Source: Podarcis bocagei (taxonomy: Eukaryota). Taken from it: a DNA stretch of 64,000 nucleotides. The DNA lies in assembly GCA_964188305.1 (NCBI GenBank), contig OZ076886.1; one strand, 5' to 3'. Positions 1 through 62,270 of the stretch are shown here, in pieces (within the stretch, counting starts at the first letter, position 1; every line of letters starts with the position of its first letter). The position numbers and the translations under genes were made by a program. The notes below the pieces were generated by a model. That model was not told the DNA's origin, did no database searches, and saw only the letters and a list, made by a program, of their open reading frames with translations.

Positions 1-1057
1 ACAGGGGAAAAGGTAAGGATCACTGATCGAGGGTTTGTAATTCTGATAGGTGAGAAACACCTTTTTCTTTTTAAATAAAATAGGAGGTGCATTTCATGCT
101 TACTCCCCCATAAGCTATGTGTCTGGAGTAAGACCTGTCTGTCCTCAGAGGAGTTCCACTCCGTTCTTCCATATGACTCATTGTTCTGGGCATTCTTGGA
201 AGGCAAGTAATGGCACTTTATGTAAGAATTATCCTCTTACAGTAGATGTTGATGGGAAGGCTAGGACAGAACAGTGGATCACAGAAGAGATGCATCCACA
301 GCATCTTCCGGGGAACATTCTTGCAGGTATTCTTAATTATTATATTTATTTGTTTCTTGTAGCATAAAGTGTTCCTGTGGGACAGTGTATCTTCGCACAC
401 AGTTGGGGACAGACTTAGATGTTACATTTCTTTTTTAGCACGGAGGAAAATCTGGTTCACTCAGTTCACTCTTTGATAACAACTTTGTTATTTAGTCTGC
501 AAGTAGGAGGACCAGAACTATCTCATAAAGAGCATCCTATGAAGGCCACTGGGATTCTTTGCTGGGAATTCAAAAGATGGAAATCTCAGGGCAAAAACAT
601 CCTGGGAGAAAGGAAACCATGTTGGACAGATACTTTAAAAAGTCTAGGAAATACTGTAAACTTGCCCTGAGTTTTCCCCACACTCAAAGACTCAGAAGTC
701 AACCCTGTTTTCCTTCTCACTTGTGTACTTAAAGCATTTAGGATTTCCCTATAAATAGCATTGATCTCAACAGAGAATAACCCACAACCCATGTGTGAGT
801 AACAGTGTTAAAATGCAATGTGTGAGCATAGCTAAAAATTCCATTTCATAGAACTGGAAACGATTACTGGAATTATGATCATCTAGTTGACTCTTCTATT
901 GGATATGAGCTGTTAAATATAACATATTGCAGCTGATACTACAGAGTAGGCCTCGGAATGGCATTTGTTCTGGATTGTAATGACTTTCTCAAGTGGCCTG
1001 AGTGTTTACACCTGTGGTATCATGCTCTGTTAAGTAACCACCACAAAAAGATTGAAT

Positions 1058-1063
1058 TTTATT
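1058..1063 (-). terminator. Candidate CYFIP2 polyadenylation signal (implies a 3'UTR of about 2.8 kb)
   Basis: AATAAA on the minus strand followed by U/GU-rich TCTTTTTGTGGTGGTT; other AATAAA hexamers exist near 1473 and 345. Confidence 0.45.
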
Positions 1064-3894
1064 TTGAAAAGGCTGTGGGAATAAAAATAAAAATGAACAG
1101 CATCCTATTTGTCTATTTCATTAGATGTGTTCAGATTCTAACTCTGGGGTGTTTACATAGTGTTTGGTTCAGTTTTGCAAATCTGAAGTTGAGGGTTACT
1201 AAGGTGCATGAAGAGAATGAAATTCAGTTAAACTGACAATATGTGCTCTCAAAAAAACCCTGAAGCACTTTAATTGTTGCATTAGATATTTAAGATGGGA
1301 TTTGCTGGAAGTTAATTTCCCCCCTTTGGACTTCCAAGCCCCTTTGTTTGTTTCTGCCTGAGTTAAGAGTCTTCAGGTTACTTTTCTGAGCATTGCCTTA
1401 ATTCCACATTGCAAGATGTATCTTGCAGTTTGAAATGCTGCAAACATGCCCCCCAGATTCTGTGGAGGGATATTTATTAGTTACTTTGGAAAAAGATGAG
1501 AGCCTTTAAGGAAATAAAGGTATCTGCCAAAGGAAACATACTTCATGGTAATAATTCCATGTCGTTGCTGTCCCTTGAAACAGAATGTTCTTCCTGTGCC
1601 TGACACAGACAATTAAGAGGTTTCTACTTCATGCGCCCTCAAGGAGAAAAAAAATGCCGAGTCTCTGGCTTCGTAAGATCCGTCATCATGCTGTGACAAT
1701 GAACCAAACACCAGCAATTAAGTACTGTATCAGCTTTATGGTGAGACAAAGGAGGAAAAACACAGACCTAAAACACCTGGTTGTTTTTCCAAAAAAAACC
1801 AACACTTTTTTTTAAAGTGGCGATTTCTCTTGGCGAAAGTTAGACTAAAGAACTAAATGTCTGGAGTCTGGGATAAATGCTGGATGTTCTGACATCTGCC
1901 CTGACAGTGATGGAGCCTGACAGGGTAAAAATTAGGGCAACACACCAACATATACACCCCTTCAACAATCTACCAGGATGTTTTCCTGAGGAAGCCCCAG
2001 TGAAGTGAACATGGTTATGGTCCTGCACTTCTCCCTTTCGTTGTTTTGTGGCTTGTATAGGAGAACTTTCTGGTGCACTGTGTGCCCTTTTTCTAATAGA
2101 CTGCATTTTAAATATTTCCTTAATGATTTATTCTGAAATCTGTAGAGCAAATCAGAAGGGAGATCAAATGCTGCCTTTTCCTTGTAGGAAATTCAATCTA
2201 AACTACCTAAATATTAAAGGGTTGCAATTCTGAAACCCTTAAATAGTCACGGTAGGCAACTGGGGGACGGGAAACTTGCATGGTAAATAACTCAAGTGCC
2301 TTATGGTAGCCTAGCAGAAACTAATTCTTCTTTCAATATCTTAAAGAATGTTATTTTCATTTCAGGATATTATACAGCCCTAAACTTTGGTACCTGCCTC
2401 AGTAGACTTGTTCTAAACTTTCTCATTAGTTTGGAGAGAATTCTCTGTAGCACTGTCACATGGCTTCTTTGCATTGTCTCTGGTATTTTCTCTCCAGGCT
2501 TTCTCCTCCCATACACATCCCTTTCTTGTTTCTACCTCCTACAGGCAGTACACTCTCATCTGAGCTCTAGGGTACACTGGTGACAGGAGGTCTCGTTTGG
2601 TGTAGGGAACTGCAGAAGCATGACCTTTTGAGTCCCGCCTTGATCTCCAATTCTGTGAATCGTTCACACAGAAATTCCTATGTTTACCTCTTTGTTCTAC
2701 AGGGTTATGACAGGGCAATTTTTAACTTTTGTTGAAATTCTGCATGCCTTTGGAACCACACATATTAATGATACATAAGCTGCTGCCTTTTCTAAACACC
2801 CTGAAGTCATGCCAAATCTATTTTTTAGCATTGTTTCCAAAGTTTGGATACCTAAGTCTGAACCAAATGTCATATATTTTCCCAGAATGGGGAAGTGTAT
2901 TGATCTCATTATTCTATTGACTATATCCCAAAGAATGCATCAATCGCATTTCTCAAAGAACTTACTAGTTCCTTGACCCGGCAACTTTACCAAGAGTCTG
3001 GGTCATGACAATCAGTGCCTCTTCTCCTGGCTGTATAAAATTCTAGACGCTCAGGTAAAACTACTGCCAACAGTACTTGGTTAAGGGGAAGGTATTATAC
3101 AGGGCCACCATAGCAGTGATAATCAATTCAAAATATGAGAAGACTCTTTTGTCAATGCTCCACCGCTTAAGTAAACTTAGAAAGGTCCTATACACTGTCC
3201 TATACATGTAGCTTGTTTCCAGCTAATTGTGCACAAGATTGCACCCGAAACAATTTTAGAAGGGCAGAGGACAACAAGGCAATGACAAAAAATCCTCTAA
3301 TTCTAGGTGGAGAATGATAGTCAATATTCCATCTCTAAAAGAACCTGATATATTTTTTTTTGCTTGCGTAAATCACACAGCTCTTTATCATCTATTGCAG
3401 GAACAACTTAGCATTTCTGAATGTTTTAAACATTTAAGCTGTTGTTTCCCATCAAGCAGGAAGGCTTTTCAGTCACATGGTGCATCAAGCGGAAGACTTG
3501 CAACACACTGAAGCGATGACTGCTTCAACTGTAACACCCCCCAAAAACAACAACTCTTTTAAGGGCCATAAAGTTTTGTGCTTGATTGGGTTGTTCTTGG
3601 TCATCACAAAAGCTGACGATACCACAGGAGAAAAAACCACATTTTGTTCCATCTCACCACATTTTCAAAGCTATGGGTAAAACCAACCAGAAAGATACTA
3701 TAGAAGAACATGCATTCAAAACAGGCCTTCTAGGAAAATGCTTCTTTGTATACTTTGTATCCAAGTCTGCACCGTTGACAGATCTGTGTTCTCAGGGTTT
3801 TCCCTTCCAGGCCTCTGAGGTCCAGTCGCTCCTTCCTCACTGACTTCAGATGTAGAGACACGAATGCTCACATTTCATTTCCAGCACGGACTAT

Positions 3895-53881
<49,987 letters not shown>

Positions 53882-54040
53882 TCAGACTCACAACTAAACT
53901 CAAGGAAAATAAGATTATGTTATAGAACCAGTGCCAGAAAACTTAGGGATTCAGAATAAATGGAATCAAATTAGACAACAGGCCAACATGCAAACACACA
54001 ACCCATTAAAACCAGTGGGAATTAAGCAAGATGTAACTAT

Positions 54041-54392
54041 GGACGCGGGTGGCACTGTGGGTTAAACCACAGAGCCTAGGACTTGCTGATCAGAAGGTCG
54101 GCGGTTCGAATCCCCACAACGGGGTGAGCTCCCGTTGCTCGGTCCCTGCTCCTGCCACCTAGCAGTTCGAAAGCACCTCCAAGTGCAAGTAGATAAATAG
54201 GTACCGCTCCGGCGGAAAGGTAAATGGTGTTTCCATGCGCTGCTCTGGTTCGCCAGAAGTGGCTTAGTCATGCTGGCCACATGACCCGAAAGCTGTACAC
54301 CGGCTCCCTTGGCCAATAAAGCGAGATGAACGCCACAACCCCAGAGTCGGCCACGACTGGACCTAATGGTCAGGGGTCCTTTTACACTTACC
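54041..54392 (+). mobile_element. Sauria/Squam1 SINE (same subfamily as 32669 and 35200)
   Basis: Full length; A and B boxes; degenerate ACCTTT tail. Confidence 0.92.
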
Positions 54393-54401
54393 TAACTATG
54401 T

Positions 54402-54760
54402 GGGACGCGGGTGGCGCTGTGGGTAAAAGCCTCAGCACCTAGGGCTTGCCGATCGAAAGGTCGGCGGTTCGAATCCCCGCGGCGGGGTGCGCTCCCGCTG
54501 CTCGGTCCCAGCGCCTGCCAACCTAGCAGTTCGAAAGCACCCCCGGGTGCAAGTAGATAAATAGGTACCGCTTACCAGCGGGAAGGTAAACGGCGTTCCG
54601 TGTGCTGCGCTGGCTCGCCAGATGCAGCTTTGTCACGCTGGCCACGTGACCCGGAAGTGTCTCCGGACAGCGCTGGCCCCCGGCCTATAGAGTGAGATGG
54701 GCGCACAAACCCCAGAGTCTGTCAAGACTGGCCCGTTCGGGCAGGGGTACCTTTACCTTT
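54402..54760 (+). mobile_element. Sauria/Squam1 SINE (second subfamily, like 8868-9238); CpG-rich, probably young
   Basis: GGGTAAAAGCCTCAG head variant; GGCCCGTTCGGGCAGGGGTACCTTTACCTTT end. Confidence 0.92.
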
Positions 54761-57495
54761 AACTATGGATTAGAATGCAGACTGGGCTGTAATACTATAC
54801 ACACTTAGCCCCAATGTTCACCAGGCCAACAACACTCCATATACTGCTGAGTAAACTCGCATAGGACAAAGCTGCATGGCTGCATTTCCAAAGGGAAACC
54901 GCCTTAAGATAGCATTAAGATAGCCTGCTGGTAGCCCACATGTGGATCGTTGAGATCATTAGGAAAACCACGTTGACTTGATTTGATTTACATACACAAG
55001 CAGTTAAGACAAGACTACACCACAATCATATGGTGGGCAGGTAGATAAATGTTTTTGTCTTGAGAGAGATAAAAGAGACACAGATGAGAGGTACAAGGAT
55101 AATTTGTAGCCTTCTAGTACCTTGTGTATCTAAAGATCTTGTGACTACCTTCTGCATGCCATTTGTGCAATAGTAACCTTGTAATGCGGTTACCATACTA
55201 TGGGCCAACAGCACACCATTACTGTGGTGCAGCCGCTTTAAGAAGCATTGCCTCACTGTCTTAAACTATTTCCATACACAAACAGTCCCGAGTAACACTC
55301 TGGGAACTCTGCTCTGCTTTTTAAAAATGTACAAACTTTATAATTTCATGTACCTACGGAGTCCACTGAGTATGGAGAAACCAACCCTGTTTGTCAGAAG
55401 AGAAGTCCTCAATGATAACACTTTCACAAGTGACACCCAGAAAACATTTCCCTTATTTTGCAGCATCTTTCAAAAGCTTCTACTTATCCAGTTAATTCAA
55501 CTGGACTGATCATGTGCTTCTTTTAATATTCTGTGCACTTTGTTATTGTTCACATTAGAAAAAGGAAACAACCAACAAATGTCTACAGCACTTGCACAGG
55601 CACCTGCAGAGTGGTGGGAAAGTGTGATTACCGTATATCTGCAAAGGAAACACAACCTTGAGAGAACATGTGCAGATTCAGTGCAGCAGATACACTGGCA
55701 TTATTGCTCAATAAAATAAATGCCTCTTCTACTTCTGTTTATGAGGTTTTATCAATTAAGTTTGGCCTCTGTCAATATAACCCAGAGGCCGACATTGCTG
55801 AATAAACTAATTATTATTCCTGAGTCTGTAAAATTCTGATAATTCATCCAAGCACACTATACAACTGTTGAATTATCTTTACCCATGGGGCATTTTAGAT
55901 TGGATCAAACAACTAATTGATTCTTTAAAGGACAAACTACATTCTCTGAAGTCTACTGAATGGGGAGTGGGAGAGATGTGCAAAGGCGTCTATGTCTAGC
56001 AAAGGAATGTGTTTCCTCCCCTTGTATCAGGGTACAAGGACTTATGGGTGTCCATTTATCTTTATTTATCTGTGGACCAGTAGGCCCTGCAAAACTGTAG
56101 TGTTCGTCAAGGCTCTGTTATTTAATGTGTGTTACAATCTCAAGTATGGAAGTGACAACAGATGGACACAACGATCAGATGAGGTAATTCTGAAAAGGTC
56201 CTTATGGCAAGTGTGATATACAGCTGTCACAGCAAAGCAGCTGCCTGCCTAGGCTTTGTGGCCAGTGATTTACAAGAAAAGGTTTCCAGAAGGAAGAAAT
56301 ATGGGTCACACCAACTATTCTCATTTTGAAGGAGCTGAACTGAAACTCCTTACACATTCATAGGACCCAAGAGCTTGCATTTCGTTGCCCCTGGGAGCAA
56401 GCCCAAAGGTAGGCGGACTAGCAATCCTCTTGAGGAACACGCACATTATAATAATATTCCCTCAGAGCTACTGAAGTGAATGGCTCTTGTTTACCTCACT
56501 GCAGTCTTGCATGAAATGAGGTTATATCCCACAGTTCGATTCTGTCACATTTTTATTCTGTGCATCTCAGGGCTGGTTCACACCATAAATGTGCAAACCT
56601 GGCATTGAGGCTTCCCTGCCAGGTGATGTGAGGTGATATGAAAGTCCTATTTAAGGTGCCTGATATGTGATAACGTTTAGCATTTTGAAGTGTTCAGCAG
56701 CTGGAGAAGAGGGCTGGAGTGCCTCAGAAAGTGGTCATTAGTCTCAGAACTGGAATGTTGCATGTGGACAAGAGCATTTCTTTCTGACATGAACACTGTT
56801 TTGGTCATGCAGAGAAGCTTGGAAAACAATAACAACCAATTTCTTGCAGTTGCTGGATCATTCCATGTTACGTAACGTCTGCAGCCTATGATACATGACT
56901 AACAATGCAATCCTAATCATGTCCACTTAGAAATCTTATTGCATTTAGTAGAGCTTACTCCCAGGTAAGTGGGCTTAGGACGGCAGCCCAAGTTTATCTT
57001 TACAAAACCGCATTAGAAAGCAAAATATCTTCAGTGCAAACTCCATCCCACACAGATTTCATGCTGTGCTTCTGCTCCACATATTTCTTTGTGCATGTGC
57101 TCATGAAATGAAGGAGACTACATGTGCGTTTAACGGCTTCATGACATGGAGAGGTTCAGCAGGCATGGCTGCTCCTGTCACTGCTGGTTGCTTTGAGATG
57201 CTGTTTTCTTTGAGGGCGGAAGTTTCACTGGCAGAGTCTCTATGTGAAAATGTTGTTGAAAGTAAAGGAAGCTAGGGCAGGTCTGAAGCTAGAAAGCCTT
57301 GCTTACAACATGGCTGAGTATTGTTATCACTCAAATATTGCTTCTTACAAAAGTTTGGCTGTAGTATGGAAAGGGGAAAGGATGTACTATTCCCCTCTAA
57401 ATCAGCACCATTGTTCATTGATATCATTACCCCAAACAGACAAAAATATTTAAATGAGAACAGTGAAGCAAAAATATATGCACATTCTGCATAAT

Positions 57496-57680
57496 TAGAA
57501 TTGCCAGGGTTTTTTTCTGGCTTGGTCCCTGGCATGCAGAAATGTTAACAGATGAAGCTTTCCCCACCATTTAATTTCCCTACCAAGATAAATTACCCCA
57601 GCAAAGTATCTGCTCCTTGGGCAGCCGTTCAAAGCACAGGAGCCCTTTCGGGGGGTGCGGGGTGCGGAATGGCAACCCTA
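57496..57680. mobile_element. Degenerate hAT-type MITE
   Basis: TAGAATTGCCA ... TGGCAACCCTA resemble TAGGGTTGCCA-type TIRs. Confidence 0.4.
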
Positions 57681-58974
57681 CCTACAATTGATTCAACTTG
57701 AAAAAGCTTACACACTAATCTCATGTATTTTCCTTTTCAATTCATGATTTTAAGGAGAGATTTTTGTTGCTATAATGGCAGAATTATCAAGCTTTCCCAC
57801 ATGAGCCAAGAACATCTGCTACTTAGTGCCGCCGCTGTCATCATCTCCACAGCCATAAAAGCCAAATAGTTCCTTCTTTTTTCCAGTGATACTGCAATGG
57901 GGTCACTGGGTCAGTGATCCTCAAAAGGTCAGCAGGGGGTATTAGCCAACAGAAGCCATCTGTGCCTCGTGGGTTTATATGGGACAGAGCTGACAAAGCG
58001 AGTGTTCAAAAGAGAAAACAGGATGGGGTGGGAGGGATATAAACTGTACTCTTTGTGGTTCATGTATAGGTGCAATACTTCCTGCACTGTTATGCCTGAC
58101 CGACTACTGTTACAGCACCAAGCTCTCAACAGATAACTACATACTTTCTACACTAGAAGTGGATTGCATCAGCTAACTTGAAAGAAGGGACTTTTTTCCA
58201 TCCCCCCCCCCCACAAAAAAACACACGGAGACTTTTGACCTTTCACACAGCACATACTCTGCTTCAAATTACATGATGAAGCACAGAAGACTCTATCTCC
58301 AAAAAATCTTAAGTGATTCGTCCCCCTTTCTTAAAAATTATTTTCTGTGCAACACCTTCTGTTCTTCACAGAGGCCCTAAAAAGAGTATTTAAGTATTTC
58401 CAGACATCACAAAGCCAGCCTAAACCAGCAACTCCCTAGGCAAAATTAGCACTAGGGTAGGATGACCTTGTGCTGTCTGGAAGCACTTGTTCCATGATGA
58501 ACATGGGAAAACTACTCAATTGGTCTGGGGCAATTGCTTTCATAAATGTGCAGTCACCATCCTATGCAGATCAAAAGAATAGGTCCTCCATGTTTAACAA
58601 GGAGCATGTGATTCAGAAATGAACTTAGAACGGCTCCATCTTCAACACTGCAGAATTCCAAAAAACAAAGTTGTAACTGAAGAAGATAGTCAAAGAGTCA
58701 AACTACTAGAAGACATTTGAATAGCAGCAGGTAATCATCAAAATGCTACCTGCAAAACAGATAACTCAAGCAGGTCAACCAACACACACACACACTGTAA
58801 AACAACAACACAAAACTGCCTCCAAGTAAACCGCTAGCAATCAAAACTGTCACTTAGCAATTCTGACCTAAGGAATAGCCCTTCACAACCTGAGCATCAG
58901 TCATGAGCCTGAGAAATACAATACCATTTTATATGCCATAGGAAATGTTATAGGGACAGTTCGAAACTCTCCAT

Positions 58975-59400
58975 TCACAAGTCACGTGTGGGAACCGCTC
59001 AGGCACAACCAAGGCAAGGTTTCTGGTCGCATGAGCCAGTCTTTGAGAAGTGGAGAAGCGTCTTTCTTTTCCGGCCTCAGAGTCACCTGAGTCCTGCCGC
59101 CTTGCTTGCTTCGAAAAGACTGCTTGGGTGTTGGCTGAGAAGTGAAGGGGGTGAGTGTGAAACTCCGAGCAGAGGCGCCTCCCCCCCCCCCAGCTGGCCA
59201 TCTGGGGTAACTGCCTGGTGGGCAGCAAGAGGAGTGGCACGTTTATTATTATTAGTGCCGGGAGAGGAGGTGGCCGGGAAGAAGCAGCTCTGGCTCAGGC
59301 TGTGATGGTGCTTCCATGCGGGGCTAGGAATACACAGTCGGCTTTTCCCTCCTTCCCTCCATCCCTTTTGCTCAGTGTCACCTCACTCACATTCACTGAT
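58975..59400. promoter_or_regulatory. GC/CpG-elevated non-repeat segment upstream of exon 2; possible enhancer or alternative first exon
   Basis: Local GC and CpG rise; GTCACGTG E-box at 58981-58988; possible minus-strand donor CAG/GTGACT near 59085. Confidence 0.25.
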
Positions 59401-59904
59401 CCTGCCTGGGGAGAGAGGCAAGCTCTTCTTGGAGTGGGATCATGGAAGGACACTTAAGTCTTAGGTTTGCAAACTGGACACTCAAGGTGGCCGTCTCTGC
59501 CACAGCGTTAGAAACTGAGATATGAAAGCTAGAAGCTAAATGGCACCTTAATCCTAGGTTATGGGTGCAACAATGGAATGTCTAGGCGCACTTCTTTAAT
59601 AACAAGAATACAAAGCTGAAAATGAACTGCAGCTAAAATATTATGTTCATTTTTCACATTGTCTAGTCCTCATGTGAAGACTGCAAAAAACAAAGCCATG
59701 TATCCCCTGCCCACCCCCCTAATATTCTTAAAAGGGTCTCTTCTCCATGCTTGAGAGAGCGGATGGAAGCGGGGAAGCAGAAAAAGGTCCTCCTTTCCTT
59801 CCACTCTGCAGACAAGCCCTGGATTCTCCCTATACCCCTTTCCTTCATATAATATCTTTTTGGCACCATAATTAACACATATTAAAGGCCTGTACAACTG
59901 ATGG

Positions 59905-60050
59905 CAAAGTCTGGGGATTGTGTTCCACAGCTGGGATGTTGTTACTGAGAAGGCCTTCTGGCAGGTCATAGAACCCCAAATTTCACTCAGGGTTGGAAGC
60001 ACCGGAAGGACCACCCCAGTAAACCTCAAGCCATAGGCAAGCTCATATGG
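59905..60050 (-). mobile_element. L2-clade LINE fragment
   Basis: Minus-strand KAFSVTTSQLWNTIP resembles L2 RAFSVAAPxLWNxLP. Confidence 0.55.
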
Positions 60051-61689
60051 GGAGCCTATAACAGCAAAGGTGCTCCTGATTCTTGTGTTGAATCATGGAA
60101 GGTTATATAGAGAAGGTTCAGGGAAGGCTTTCTGTTATCCTCTCAGTTTCAGTGCAGCTGCACCCACTCAGGCCATTCCTTGGCCTGGCGTCTAGGTTTG
60201 GAACTCACAGGGCGCAACAATGGCATTGCCCTCAAAGAGGTGGAACTATATCTTGCTCTTGCATTTCAGAGTTGTACCCTCAATGTACAACTTAAGACTT
60301 GCTTGTCCTCGGTGTAAAGGAATTGTAATAATCTGATACTGTACATAGTTTTGCATAAAAGTCTTGCTGTTCCACATTTTTTGAAATTGTTTTGGATTAG
60401 TAAATATATGAGCACCTTGTCTCAAATATTTTGTTTAAAAAATTATTATTTTGTTTGAGAATGATTAAGAAAAAAACACAAAAGTAAGGCCTGGGTGGGA
60501 CATTCCCCCCCCCATTCCTTTTTCAGGCCTTTCCATCTCTAATCCAAGATTAGCCATATTCAGAGTAGACTGGATGAATTAATAGCTATGACTAAGTTAT
60601 ATCCATTAATTTCAATGGATCTGCTCTGGGAGGAATTCAGTGTAGCACTAATGTGATTGTTCTATCAGGACAAGCAATTCGGCTTGCAAGACGGACTGAT
60701 CCCCTCTCTTCTCCATGAGCTGCTCCAGGGGGTTCTTGCAAACCCCCTCCCCCCATAAGCCAATTGCAGGGGGTCTGCAGGGGAGGGAGGGGGAGAAGCC
60801 CTGTTGCACTGCAGAAGTCCTTGTGGAGGTTTTCTGGTGATGGGACTCATTTGTTAAATCCTGTCCTCTAAGTAATAGTTAATTGGATGTAAGCAAAACA
60901 TTCTAATTAAATTATCAAAATGTGTGCATTCTGAATAAAGTAAATACCACATATTCCAAACTGACACATATTTCACAGAAATAATTAATATTGAAAAATG
61001 AGTTGGGTCAGCTGTCCCATCTGTTATATATCATTAGCCCAAGGAGCTTAGAGATCCAATTTTTGATTTTACATAATATATTGCTATGGTGGTAGAGTTC
61101 CTGCTGTGACCATAGGTCAGACTATGGCCAACTCATGGGTTCTTCTGACCCACGTGTGGAAGACCATTGGTCTAATGGGAACCAGCAGGAATACTGCAAA
61201 GAAGCTAAAATGTAATTGAGGCACACATTTACTGAACTACCATCAGCCTAAAGTTTTCAATAGTTTTAATATTCATTAGTTTTCAATAGTTCAATTTTTT
61301 TTTTCATTTTTAATACCAGTTCTCATCTCATTTGCTCAGTTCTATGAATTAATGTATGACATCCATTCCCACCATATGTCCCTATGCTATCACTTTAGAA
61401 TTACTGTATTCCACTGGGATACTGCTTTTCTAAACACTTTATACCAAGAAGAACTATTAGGGGGTCCTAGTGGTGTTGTAGAAATACCTGTCGCTTTGAT
61501 GGATAGCTATATATTTACACTAAGCCAGGACATGGAAGCTATGCAATTAAAGTGCTTCCTATAAGCACACATTAATTCTTATGAAATAAAATTCTGCTCT
61601 GTAACAATAAGCTAAGCTAACGAAACATCCACCAAATTATTTGAAAATACCCTCTTTCACTGTTGTCTACAAAGCGTAACATTAGTTAT

Positions 61690-62270
61690 TTATTTAAGGG
61701 ACATATACTGTACTACACTTTCTGAGAGTGTCCACATAGTACCTTCTCATACAGTATTTTAAAATGCAAACACATTCCAAAAAACCTTTTAAAAGTCAGC
61801 AACAATAAATAATAATGTTAAAATCACCAGCATAAATTTTAACTCAGCCTTAACCCAGTTAACTCATTCATGTCCCCCTCTATCAAAAACTTTTTTTTAA
61901 AAAAGTGTGAGATGGGGGTCTGCCTAATCACTACAGAACTGCATTCCATAATTTCAGGTTATATACATTTGCTCATCAGTCTTACTGACTTTACAGGCAG
62001 GCACTGAAGTCAGCCCTCTGAGTTCTTAAGCTGTGGGCAAGACCATATGGCTTCAAGTGATCCTTTAAATAACTTGATTGGCTCCAAACCATCCCGGGCT
62101 TTAAAGGTAATAACCAGTACTTTAACGTGGGTCCAAAAATGCACTGGCAACCCAATCAAGGTAGCATGTGCTGACCACCTGCCGATAACCAGATGGCTAT
62201 GCTCTACATCAGCTGAAGTTTCTGAAACAGATTCAAAGGCAGCCCTATGTGAAACACATTACAGTAGCTC
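61690..62270 (-). mobile_element. Old L2-clade LINE 3' fragment
   Basis: Minus-strand VKVLVITFKARDGL, similar to the 37233-37790 copy; boundaries approximate. Confidence 0.55.
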
